Virus record (IMG/VR): IMGVR_UViG_3300032290_001086
DNA length: 64,000 nucleotides
DNA from: a virus
Taxonomy: Duplodnaviria > Caudoviricetes
Direction: 5' to 3' (one strand)
In this document: piece after piece, positions 37,743 through 45,684 of the stretch
How positions within the stretch are numbered: the stretch's first letter is position 1
How the letters are laid out: every line of letters starts with the position of its first letter
Translations under genes and position numbers: made by a program
Notes under the pieces: model-generated
Database searches by the model: none
Told to the model about the DNA's origin: nothing
The model's input: the letters and a program-made list of their open reading frames with translations, nothing else

Positions 37743-37859
37743 GTAGGTGGACATTCTTGCCCTTAAAATCGTAGGTGCCAAAACCGCTCTTCATCCCTAG
37801 TATTCTGTGGGTGAGTGAAAGTAAAGAGTGATAACATAGGTAAAGTTATCTCCACCTAC
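37743..37859 (+). ncRNA. Unassigned multibranched structured RNA
   Basis: 9-bp closing helix GTAGGTGGA/TCCACCTAC plus internal hairpins; abuts tRNA-Asn. Confidence 0.5.
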
Positions 37860-37864
37860 CACAA

Positions 37865-37936
37865 TGGCGTGTAGCATAACGGTAATGCAAACGACTGTTA
37901 ATCGTAGGACTGTAGGTTCGATTCCTACCACGCCAG
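37865..37936 (+). tRNA. tRNA-Asn(GTT)
   Basis: Loop CTGTTAA; TGGCGTG/CACGCCA acceptor. Confidence 0.92.
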
Positions 37937-37970
37937 TTGCCGATAAATATGAGTATCGGTGAATACTAAA

Positions 37971-38237
37971 ATGAAATACAAAATTTCTTCAATGTACTGT
38001 TTTTATCAGGACGAAATTGTAGACATGTATTTCATCAATAATGTGCCATTTACATTTGAAGATATTCCTCAGATAATGCAGGATGACCCATATATTCAAA
38101 TGGAAGCGGCTAATAATCCTGAATATTCTCCAGAGGATTTATACAAAACATCTTTTTATCTAATAGATGAAGAATGTCACCCATGTCTATTTCCAGTAGA
38201 CTTGGAGAATCCTGAGGATATGCCACCAGTAGATTAG
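37971..38237 (+). CDS. Hypothetical protein
   Basis: ORF between tRNAs; ATAAATA upstream. Confidence 0.7.
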   Translation: MKYKISSMYCFYQDEIVDMYFINNVPFTFEDIPQIMQDDPYIQMEAANNPEYSPEDLYKTSFYLIDEECHPCLFPVDLENPEDMPPVD

Positions 38238-38238
38238 T

Positions 38239-38310
38239 GCCTCTTTAGCTCAGTGGTAGAGCACTCGCCTTGTAAGCGAGCGGTCATCAGTTCAAATCTG
38301 ATAGGGGGCT
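38239..38310 (+). tRNA. tRNA-Thr(TGT)
   Basis: CTCGC-CTTGTAA-GCGAG. Confidence 0.95.
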
Positions 38311-38331
38311 TAAGTCTAACACTTAAAACTA

Positions 38332-38544
38332 ATGTATGAAAACCAAACAGAATTTGAATTGCATCTATTAGCATTCGGAAAAAGAGTAGAGTATATTCTT
38401 GCTGCAGAAATGGCAGGTAGAATGAATGCTAATGATGCGTATAAAGAAATCAAATTGCTATTTGAAAATCTTAAACAGTTTCGTAAATTAGAAAAGAAAC
38501 AAGACCACCCATTAGATTACGACCAAATTCCTGAACGATATTAA
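38332..38544 (+). CDS. Hypothetical protein
   Basis: ORF track; FG.RVE...E..G.....AY..IK pattern. Confidence 0.7.
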   Translation: MYENQTEFELHLLAFGKRVEYILAAEMAGRMNANDAYKEIKLLFENLKQFRKLEKKQDHPLDYDQIPERY

Positions 38545-38546
38545 TC

Positions 38547-39128
38547 ATGACTATTTCACAAGGACTAGTTGACAAAGAACACGAAGAGGCTGGATTTGAA
38601 ATAATCCACCTCTCTTTTCGTAAGAGAGAATCATGCCATCTTTATGGCGGCCCAGTAAACTATTACGTTGGTAACATTGTATTTCGTCTTACAGATGAAG
38701 ATGCTATCAATCGTATGAAGTATTACATGCAAGAGAATGAAGACATTCGTGTAGCAACAGACCTAGAGTTGATGGAGAAGTATTACGAAGACCTTCACTT
38801 TGTATTTGGTGAATCAGAAGAACTTGATGAGGAACATGATGGTGAAAAATATACACCACTTGATATTCGTAACAAGAATGGTATCAAGGATGAAGATGTA
38901 TTCATTCGTGCCCATCGTCGCAACATGGCACCGCTCCATGGATTCGTTGAATACATTGAGAAATTCAATTGTTATCGAATGCACGAATACTTCCAGGACA
39001 CCCCAGTGGTTCATGGTATAATGCAGTATCTCCAAGACATGAAAGATGGTAAACCGAATCCTAGCCGCACTGTCTACCATGAGCAGTTCATCAACACCCT
39101 TGAAAACCTCTGCTGGTGGTGGGACTAG
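38547..39128 (+). CDS. Hypothetical protein
   Basis: 193-aa ORF ending WWWD. Confidence 0.7.
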   Translation: MTISQGLVDKEHEEAGFEIIHLSFRKRESCHLYGGPVNYYVGNIVFRLTDEDAINRMKYYMQENEDIRVATDLELMEKYYEDLHFVFGESEELDEEHDGEKYTPLDIRNKNGIKDEDVFIRAHRRNMAPLHGFVEYIEKFNCYRMHEYFQDTPVVHGIMQYLQDMKDGKPNPSRTVYHEQFINTLENLCWWWD

Positions 39129-39252
39129 ACAATGTGCCAAGTGCAAGACCAAACAACCCCTTGACAGCACCCACTACCAAGTGGTAAAATACTTTCGTTC
39201 TGGATTTTCGTATTATTGCAACGAATGTAATAAACCAAAACCTAGAGATTAA
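39046..39252 (+). CDS. Small CxxC...CxxC zinc-binding protein (start uncertain)
   Basis: CAKC...CNEC. Confidence 0.5.
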   Translation: MVNRILAALSTMSSSSTPLKTSAGGGTRQCAKCKTKQPLDSTHYQVVKYFRSGFSYYCNECNKPKPRD

Positions 39253-39337
39253 TAAATTCAATAAATATTGATATCACCCAAGTCTCGGAGTAGACTATAA
39301 ACTCTGCCCTGGTCGGGAGCAACCCCTTAAAATTCAA

Positions 39338-39535
39338 ATGGAACAAACAAACTATCGTTCTTTCAAGTTATCAAATGTTTGTGCTGAAATTGAAAGTGTG
39401 ATTACCACACTTAACCAAATTCAATCCCAAATGAATTTGAAAAATTATACTAAACTTCATGAAACGATTCAGAAACTTAAAGAACACAAACAGTATATTT
39501 GGCAAATATACAAAGATTTAGAAGTCTTGGAATGA
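39338..39535 (+). CDS. Small helical hypothetical protein inserted in the RNA array
   Basis: ORF track. Confidence 0.55.
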   Translation: MEQTNYRSFKLSNVCAEIESVITTLNQIQSQMNLKNYTKLHETIQKLKEHKQYIWQIYKDLEVLE

Positions 39536-39574
39536 CTTAAAAAATACCCTGGTGGAGTCAATATGACCCAAATA

Positions 39575-39678
39575 GTCCTCGTCGGATTGGACATAAAATA
39601 TGCCGACTGGTGCGGATGTGGAGGATACTCCCGCCGAGTTTCCAATTTTCTCGTAATCAAAATTGGTGGCGAGCCTGC
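39575..39678 (+). ncRNA. wcaG RNA motif
   Basis: TGGTGCGG...CCCGCCGAGTTTCC...TGGCGAGCCTG with two UGGYG elements and pseudoknot CCAATTTT/AAAATTGG. Confidence 0.75.
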
Positions 39679-39788
39679 AAATGGGGGTTGACAATCTCCA
39701 ACAAATGCCCTATACTGGGTGAGTGAAACCGAACTATGTTACGGTTTCCAACAATATAAATAAAATCTGTAGTTAATCATTTAAAATT

Positions 39789-40667
39789 ATGATGATTCGT
39801 TCATTTCTAACTGCTGGTGTAGTTGCTGCTTCTATTGCAGCTCCTGCGATGGCACAAGTCACCAGTGTATCCCAACTGCGTGATGTACAGCCAACCGAAT
39901 GGTCATACCAGGCTATTTCAAACCTAGTATCTCGTTATGGTTGTGTTGCTGGTTTCCCAGATGGTACTTTCCGTCCTGGTGAACCTGCTACTCGTGCTCA
40001 ACTTGCGGCTCTTACAAATGCTTGTCTAGACCGTATTACTGAGTTCCAAACTGCTGCTGATGCACAACTAGCTGCTGCTCTACGTGCAGAGTTTGCAAAA
40101 GAACTAGGTGCAACTAATGCTCGTGTATCTGCACTAGAAGTTGCTGCTGCTCAGAAAGCACAGGGCGTAGGTAACTACGTTGGTCTTGGTGTTCTTCTGA
40201 ACAAGCAAGGTGTTGATGGTGGTGGTTATACTGAGAATCGTACTATTTCTGGTGCTACTCTTCAAGCACGTTATGCTGTGAAGAACTTCCGTAACCAGAA
40301 TGCAGTTTCAGTTCGTCCTTACCTAAATGCAGTTGCTGGTCCTAACAGCGACATCGGCACTGCTGGTGGTGCTCTAGTTTCTTATGACTGGTCTATTGCT
40401 CGCAAGGCTGGTGTAAGTGCTGCTAACATCTATGGTGGTGTTGGTTATCAAGTTCCTTTCTCTAACGATACACAGGCTAACTATCAGTCTGCTGTTGGTG
40501 AAAAAGGTCAAGTTGTTCTAGCTCTTGGTGTGGAAGGTCGTATTACTAACTCACTAGTGGGTTTTGCTGACCTAAAGTTCCCTACCACAAATGCTGGTAA
40601 TGCTTATGGTGGCAGTGATGCTGCTTACAGTCCTGTGTTTACTACTGGTCTGGGTTTCAAGTTCTGA
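39789..40667 (+). CDS. SLH-domain outer-membrane beta-barrel (porin-like) protein
   Basis: Signal peptide; SQLRDVQPTEWSYQA...RYGCVAGFPDGTF cyanobacterial porin SLH; C-terminal GLGFKF; promoter TTGACA-17-TATACT at 39688-39716. Confidence 0.88.
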   Translation: MMIRSFLTAGVVAASIAAPAMAQVTSVSQLRDVQPTEWSYQAISNLVSRYGCVAGFPDGTFRPGEPATRAQLAALTNACLDRITEFQTAADAQLAAALRAEFAKELGATNARVSALEVAAAQKAQGVGNYVGLGVLLNKQGVDGGGYTENRTISGATLQARYAVKNFRNQNAVSVRPYLNAVAGPNSDIGTAGGALVSYDWSIARKAGVSAANIYGGVGYQVPFSNDTQANYQSAVGEKGQVVLALGVEGRITNSLVGFADLKFPTTNAGNAYGGSDAAYSPVFTTGLGFKF

Positions 40668-40741
40668 TTTTCTGACATTCGGGGGTTGACAAAACCCCTT
40701 TTTTCATATATAATATTGTAATAATTCTTAATTAATTTATA

Positions 40742-40945
40742 ATGACTGTAACAACTAATGAGTATGGCCAGCAGAACATGTGGCCTAAAGAACCTGAAAT
40801 GGTTTATCAAGAATACAATCGTAAGGGTCTTATGACTCCTATGCAAACTACGGAGATGTATAATGGACGCTGGGCTATGGTCGGTATTATTGCTGGGCTC
40901 ATTTCTTATACTGTCTCTGGTAAACTCTTCTTCTTCATCTTCTGA
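40742..40945 (+). CDS. hli: High-light inducible protein
   Basis: E.YNGRWAMVG chlorophyll-binding motif; promoter TTGACA-17-TATAAT at 40686-40714. Confidence 0.9.
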   Translation: MTVTTNEYGQQNMWPKEPEMVYQEYNRKGLMTPMQTTEMYNGRWAMVGIIAGLISYTVSGKLFFFIF

Positions 40946-40958
40946 CAAATGATTGACA

Positions 40959-41045
40959 ATGCCTGAACTTTTATTTACAATTACAGGAGTCAGCTTCTTA
41001 GTGTTGCTGGCATATTCCGTAGAAAAAATTTGTGAGACTTATTGA
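40959..41045 (+). CDS. 28-aa single-TM peptide
   Basis: [28 protein letters not shown]; stop overlaps the petF start. Confidence 0.55.
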   Translation: MPELLFTITGVSFLVLLAYSVEKICETY

Positions 41046-41338
41046 TGGCTACTTACAACGTTACACTTCAATCCCCTGACGGCACAGAAAATACTTTCAC
41101 TTGTGCTGATGACCAATACATTCTTGAAGCTGCTGATGAGGCTGGCATCGACCTTCCCTCATCCTGTCGTGCTGGTGCTTGTTCTGCTTGTGCTGGAAAA
41201 CTACTTAGCGGTACAGTAGATAATGAAGAACAATCTTTCCTTGATGATGAACAACTTGAAGCTGGTTGGGTTCTTACTTGCGTAGCATATCCAACTAGTG
41301 ATTGTACAATTTTAACCGAACAAGAAGAAAATCTTTAA
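41045..41338 (+). CDS. petF: Plant-type [2Fe-2S] ferredoxin
   Basis: [10 protein letters not shown]...LTCVAYP. Confidence 0.97.
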   Translation: MATYNVTLQSPDGTENTFTCADDQYILEAADEAGIDLPSSCRAGACSACAGKLLSGTVDNEEQSFLDDEQLEAGWVLTCVAYPTSDCTILTEQEENL

Positions 41339-41353
41339 TTTAGGAGAACTATT

Positions 41354-41473
41354 ATGAAATTTGGATTTACCCCTGAAGCTGAAATTCTAAATGCTCGTCT
41401 AGCAATGTTAGGATTTGTAGTTGCAATCGGCACTTACTTTACTACAGGACAAATTATTCCTGGAGTTTGGTGA
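41354..41473 (+). CDS. hli: High-light inducible protein (39 aa)
   Basis: FGFTPEAEILNARLAMLGF...TGQIIPG; AGGAG SD. Confidence 0.92.
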   Translation: MKFGFTPEAEILNARLAMLGFVVAIGTYFTTGQIIPGVW

Positions 41474-41511
41474 ACTGAATAAATACAGGAGGTTCAATAC
41501 CTCCTTTTTTT

Positions 41512-42144
41512 ATGTCTATAAAATTAACTGATGCTGCGAAACACACTGAAGGATATATGCATCAAATGGATGCATGGGAATATCTCCAGCAAAATACTCC
41601 ACCTAAAGTATTAGAAGAATTTGCAAAGCGATTTAGAAATGAATATAAATCTGTAGATTCTAGTGTAATTCCTCAAGCTGGAGTCAGATTAATTAAAGAA
41701 TTTGAAGGTTGTCATTTAAGTGCATATTACGACCCTCTTACTGGGGGACTTCCTATTACAATTGGTTGGGGAAGTACGAAAGATTTAAATGGTAAACCGT
41801 TTAAAATTACAGACAAAATTACTCAACAGCAAGCAGACCAACTGTTTGAATATCAATTAAGAAATCAATATCTTTCTCCACTTACTAAAATTCCATATTG
41901 GAATGAAATGAATGAAGAAATGCGTGGTGCATTACTTTCATTTGTATATAATCTTGGTGCTAACTTTTATGGCTCAGATGGATTTGGTACAATCACCAAA
42001 GTATTAAAAGATAAATCTTGGCACATGGTTCCTGAAGCACTTTATCGTTATCGCAATCCAGGATCCAGTGTAGAGAAAGGACTTGCTAGAAGACGTAGAG
42101 CTGAAGGTGCTTTATGGGAAACAGGATTATCTAAGATAAAATAA
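41512..42144 (+). CDS. GH24 lysozyme (endolysin)
   Basis: IKEFEG...YYDP...TIGWG, ALLSFVYNLG, GLARRRRAE. Confidence 0.93.
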   Translation: MSIKLTDAAKHTEGYMHQMDAWEYLQQNTPPKVLEEFAKRFRNEYKSVDSSVIPQAGVRLIKEFEGCHLSAYYDPLTGGLPITIGWGSTKDLNGKPFKITDKITQQQADQLFEYQLRNQYLSPLTKIPYWNEMNEEMRGALLSFVYNLGANFYGSDGFGTITKVLKDKSWHMVPEALYRYRNPGSSVEKGLARRRRAEGALWETGLSKIK

Positions 42145-42291
42145 TTTTCTTCCTTTTTTTGCTGGTCTTTTTATAAAACGAATAACCTCTGTCGATTGTT
42201 TTTTCGGTAGAGGTCTTCTATTTTCTAGAAATATTCCATCATTTGTTATAAGCCTTATGAGTATTAATAACTCAATGGTGATTATTTTCAT
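42127..42291 (-). CDS. Small basic hypothetical protein (54 aa)
   Basis: Translated by hand: MKIITIELLILIRLITNDGIFLENRRP... Confidence 0.55.
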   Translation of the reverse strand: MKIITIELLILIRLITNDGIFLENRRPLPKKQSTEVIRFIKRPAKKGRKLFYLR

Positions 42292-42397
42292 CCTTACTTT
42301 CTAAGTAGTCTAGCATCATAATATAGACTATACAACCTATTGTTCCTAATAAAACTATTCCTAGTCCTATTGCAACTCCCCATGGAAATTGATTCAT
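42272..42397 (-). CDS. Small TM protein (41 aa)
   Basis: MNQFPWGVAIGLGIVLLGTIGCIVYIM; coupled to the upstream ORF. Confidence 0.6.
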   Translation of the reverse strand: MNQFPWGVAIGLGIVLLGTIGCIVYIMMLDYLESKDENNHH

Positions 42398-42594
42398 TTT
42401 TTTTCTACTGCGTCGAGAATTCTATCCAATTTTCTTTCTTGTTCTTCTTTTACTTCCTGAAGAGTCTTTTCAATTTGAATAATTTTTTGCTCTTGGATAG
42501 TAGTCTTTTGTTGTAGCCCCCAGAAACTGGTAAATCCACCAATAATTGCAGCACCTAATAGTGAAGTTGCGATAGTTCCCATATTAAGTTCCAT
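42394..42594 (-). CDS. TM plus coiled-coil small protein
   Basis: Hydrophobic N-terminus then heptads. Confidence 0.6.
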   Translation of the reverse strand: MELNMGTIATSLLGAAIIGGFTSFWGLQQKTTIQEQKIIQIEKTLQEVKEEQERKLDRILDAVEKK

Positions 42595-42796
42595 TGTTTG
42601 ATTTACTTTCTTCTTTATGTATCCAAGTTTTTAATTCGTGTAAATATTCTCTGAGAATATTTGCTTTTTGTTGATGCCACACATCACCAGTTTTCAAAAA
42701 TATTCTAGTGTGATTATCTATAGCTTTTAATGTATTGTGGATGGGAGCATTCCAAGGTTCTCTTATAGGAGTATTAAATGTCCTTCTCTCGTCCAT
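42584..42796 (-). CDS. Hypothetical protein
   Basis: NTPIREPWNAPIH...IDNH. Confidence 0.7.
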   Translation of the reverse strand: MDERRTFNTPIREPWNAPIHNTLKAIDNHTRIFLKTGDVWHQQKANILREYLHELKTWIHKEESKSNNGT

Positions 42797-42938
42797 GTAA
42801 GTTCTGCTCCATGTAGGTATATAATTTTTCTTTCAGCTCACCAAATACATCCCACATTTCGTCAGACCCAGTTTTTTCTTGGTACGCATTACATGCTAAA
42901 ATTAAATAATCAATATCTGTTGAGTTAAGTCTGTACAT
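42774..42938 (-). CDS. Hypothetical protein
   Basis: MYRLNSTDIDYLILAC; CTAAATA late promoter on minus strand near 42960. Confidence 0.6.
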   Translation of the reverse strand: MYRLNSTDIDYLILACNAYQEKTGSDEMWDVFGELKEKLYTYMEQNLHGREKDI

Positions 42939-43073
42939 AGATCTTTTCCAACTCAATTATATTTAGGCAAACCCCCTTGACAGCCTTTGTAATCTATGCT
43001 ACTATAAATAAATGTTAAGGGATGGAAACATTCCTTAACAAACATTCATAAACTCTTACGAACTTTTAAAACT

Positions 43074-44875
43074 ATGACTGCTACCATCGCTCAACGCAAT
43101 GGAAGTAATACATGGGAACAGTTCTGTGAGTGGGTAACATCTACCAACAACCGTCTGTATGTCGGTTGGTTTGGAACTCTTATGATTCCTACCCTTCTCG
43201 CTGCTACTATCTGTTTCATCGTTGCTTTCATTGCTGCTCCTCCCGTAGACATACTGCTTTAATCTGTGTCCTTCATCCGTAAGGATGATGTTAAAACTGG
43301 GTGAATTGCTGGAAACCGAAAGGCAATCAGCAGCCAAGTCCAAAGTACACTTTGGAAAGGTTCAGAGACTACCTGAGGGGTTTAGTCCCCTTAATAACAG
43401 GCTAGAGTGCCCAGCCCCTTTAATCTAATTAAAGGGTGAAGATATAGTCCAAATCTCACAGTTGACTTTTATTCGCACTTGTTGTATAAATATAACAGTA
43501 GGTGCGAAAACAAAATGCTCGATTTAACGGAATCACAAATTACTTGGATTGCGGGAATTTTAGAAGGTGAAGGATACTTTGGAATAGATAATCGTTCTAA
43601 AGACCGTTATGACTCTTCTAAAGCACCACCAGCACCATATATTCGTCTTGTTATGACTGATGAAGATGTGGTTGCTAAACTAAGTAATTTTGTAGACAAA
43701 CCCTATTTTGTACCCAATAGAAAAACACTCAAAGGAAAACCAGTCTATGTCCTTCATATAGGAAATAGAGAAAAAGTTCTTTTCATTTTGGAAAAAATAC
43801 TTCCCCATATGGGAAATAGAAGAAGTGAAAGAATTAAAGAATGTATTTCTTATATTAATGAGTGGAAAGAGTGGGTAGAAAATGGTGGGAGAGTAGAAAA
43901 CGCAAAACGAGCAAATCAAATAGGTCAACTGAAACGGTCTAAGTCGCAAGATATGACTGTTTTACTGGGATAAGAGACGGGATTCGTGAACCAGTTGCTG
44001 GTTCTCTAATGTACGGAAACAACATCATTTCTGGTGCTGTTGTTCCTTCTAGCAATGCTATCGGTCTGCACTTCTATCCCATCTGGGAAGCCAACTCGCT
44101 TGACGAATGGCTATATAATGGTGGACCATTCCAATTGGTCGTATTCCACTTTCTAATTGGTATCTATGCCTACATGGGTCGTGAATGGGAACTTTCTTAC
44201 CGTCTTGGTATGCGTCCCTGGATTTGCGTTGCTTACTCTGCTCCTGTTGCTGCTGCTTCTGCGGTCTTCCTTGTATATCCTTTCGGTCAAGGTTCCTTCT
44301 CTGATGCAATGCCTCTTGGAATCTCAGGAACGTTTAACTACATGCTCGTCTTCCAAGCAGAACACAACATTCTTATGCATCCGTTCCATATGCTTGGGGT
44401 TGCTGGGGTATTTGGTGGCTCTCTCTTTAGTGCTATGCACGGAAGTCTGGTTACGAGTAGCCTTGTTCGTGAAACCACAGAAGTAGAATCTCAGAACTAC
44501 GGCTACAAGTTCGGTCAAGAAGAAGAGACTTATAACATCGTTGCTGCTCACGGTTATTTTGGTCGCCTTATTTTCCAATATGCTTCCTTTAATAACTCAC
44601 GTTCGCTGCACTTCTTCCTTGCTGCTTGGCCTGTAGTTGGTATCTGGTTTACTGCTCTTGGTGTTAGCACCATGGCATTCAACCTCAATGGTTTCAACTT
44701 TAACCAGTCGATTACCGATAGTCAGAATCGTGTCATCCCCACCTGGGCAGACATTCTGAATCGTGGTGGTCTTGGAATGGAAGTGATGCATGAGCGAAAC
44801 GCTCACAACTTCCCCCTCGACCTGGCTGCTGCTGAGATGACTCCTGTTGCTCTTACTGCACCAGCCATCGGCTGA
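43074..44875 (+). CDS. psbA: Photosystem II D1, two exons 43074-43252 and 43975-44875 (1080 nt spliced)
   Basis: Splicing restores APPVDI-DGIREPV; full D1 through HNFPLDLA; Glu130 (high-light form). Confidence 0.97.
43253..43974 (+). mobile_element. Group I intron in psbA codon 60 (after nt 179)
   Basis: Exon GACAU pairs with IGS GUGUC (U-G wobble); P AATTGCTGGAAA, Q AATCAGCAG, R TCAGAGACTA, S AAGATATAGTCC; terminal G. Confidence 0.93.
43515..43973 (+). CDS. Intron-encoded LAGLIDADG homing endonuclease
   Basis: [12 protein letters not shown] motif, MTDEDVV, ILPHMG.RR; TATAAATA at 43485. Confidence 0.85.
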   Translation: MLDLTESQITWIAGILEGEGYFGIDNRSKDRYDSSKAPPAPYIRLVMTDEDVVAKLSNFVDKPYFVPNRKTLKGKPVYVLHIGNREKVLFILEKILPHMGNRRSERIKECISYINEWKEWVENGGRVENAKRANQIGQLKRSKSQDMTVLLG

Positions 44876-44896
44876 GGTACTTGACAAATCTTTCCG

Positions 44897-44925
44897 AACC
44901 ACCTACAATACGTAGGTGGTTTTTT
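44897..44925 (+). terminator. psbA terminator overlapping a sigma70 promoter (44881-44909)
   Basis: AACCACCTAC/GTAGGTGGTT plus T-run; TTGACA-17-TACAAT. Confidence 0.85.
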
Positions 44926-44945
44926 ATTATCTATGAATAAACATA

Positions 44946-45344
44946 ATGCAAATTAATTTTCAATCTCAAAGTAAAAAAACTGGAATGGAATTTGAAAATC
45001 TTGTAGAAGAACATTTACGAGATTCCAGAAAATCAGTTCTACATAAAAATTTTAAATTTGATTCAATTGGAATAGATGTTGACTTCGTAGCAACAGATGG
45101 TCTAATAACTGAATACATCGAGGTAAAAGGTGGACTTTCTGGAGATAAAAAGAGACCAGGAGCCCAACGTACAGACAGTGTTAAAAAAGCTATCGCAAAT
45201 GGAGCTTTATTAAAGTCTATGAAACCTGATGCATACTTTGTAATTTATTTTTCTGCGAGACCAAAACCAGGAAGTTCTTCTGATTTGATGTTACAGAATG
45301 CATTAGATGCAGGATTTGTAGATGACATTCGTTATTTGACTTGA
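44946..45344 (+). CDS. PD-(D/E)xK nuclease-like protein
   Basis: G..FE, IDVDFV, IEVKGG. Confidence 0.75.
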   Translation: MQINFQSQSKKTGMEFENLVEEHLRDSRKSVLHKNFKFDSIGIDVDFVATDGLITEYIEVKGGLSGDKKRPGAQRTDSVKKAIANGALLKSMKPDAYFVIYFSARPKPGSSSDLMLQNALDAGFVDDIRYLT

Positions 45345-45392
45345 CAAATTTTTAATCCTGTGCTAAGATTCAATTGCGTTAATACATAACAC

Positions 45393-45614
45393 ATGGAAGA
45401 ACAAATTGTAGATATTGATGCTTCTGTCGTATCTGAAGAACAAGAATTAAATTTAGAACCTCCAGTGAAAACTAAAGAGGAAGCTAGAATTGATATGCAA
45501 CGAATGAAACAATTAAATAGAGAACTTAAAAAAATTAAACGATATATGAGAAGTCCTATTCACCTTGTTCGGAAAATGGATGCCGAACAAAAAATGAAAG
45601 ATTTACCTCAGTAA
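45393..45614 (+). CDS. Hypothetical protein
   Basis: ORF behind TTGACA-17-TAAGAT. Confidence 0.65.
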   Translation: MEEQIVDIDASVVSEEQELNLEPPVKTKEEARIDMQRMKQLNRELKKIKRYMRSPIHLVRKMDAEQKMKDLPQ

Positions 45615-45635
45615 TTATTACTTAAATTATTCTTA

Positions 45636-45667
45636 AGGTTCTAATTTCTATATATAAATTAGAACCT
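45636..45667. repeat. 12-bp perfect inverted repeat upstream of the HNH gene
   Basis: AGGTTCTAATTT-CTATATAT-AAATTAGAACCT. Confidence 0.85.
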
Positions 45668-45684
45668 ATTATTTTTTCATCATC

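Noticed and set aside
37532-37860. tmRNA
   Set aside because: No G3-U70 alanine acceptor, a D stem is present, and there is no convincing tag frame
39281-39607. preQ1-I riboswitch reading of the stem plus A-rich tail units
   Set aside because: Conserved preQ1 loop nucleotides and queuosine genes are lacking; the shared UGGY ties them to wcaG
43056-43343. Minus-strand ORF and the stand-alone 62-aa psbA fragment
   Set aside because: Explained by psbA exon 1 plus the intron core; not a pseudogene
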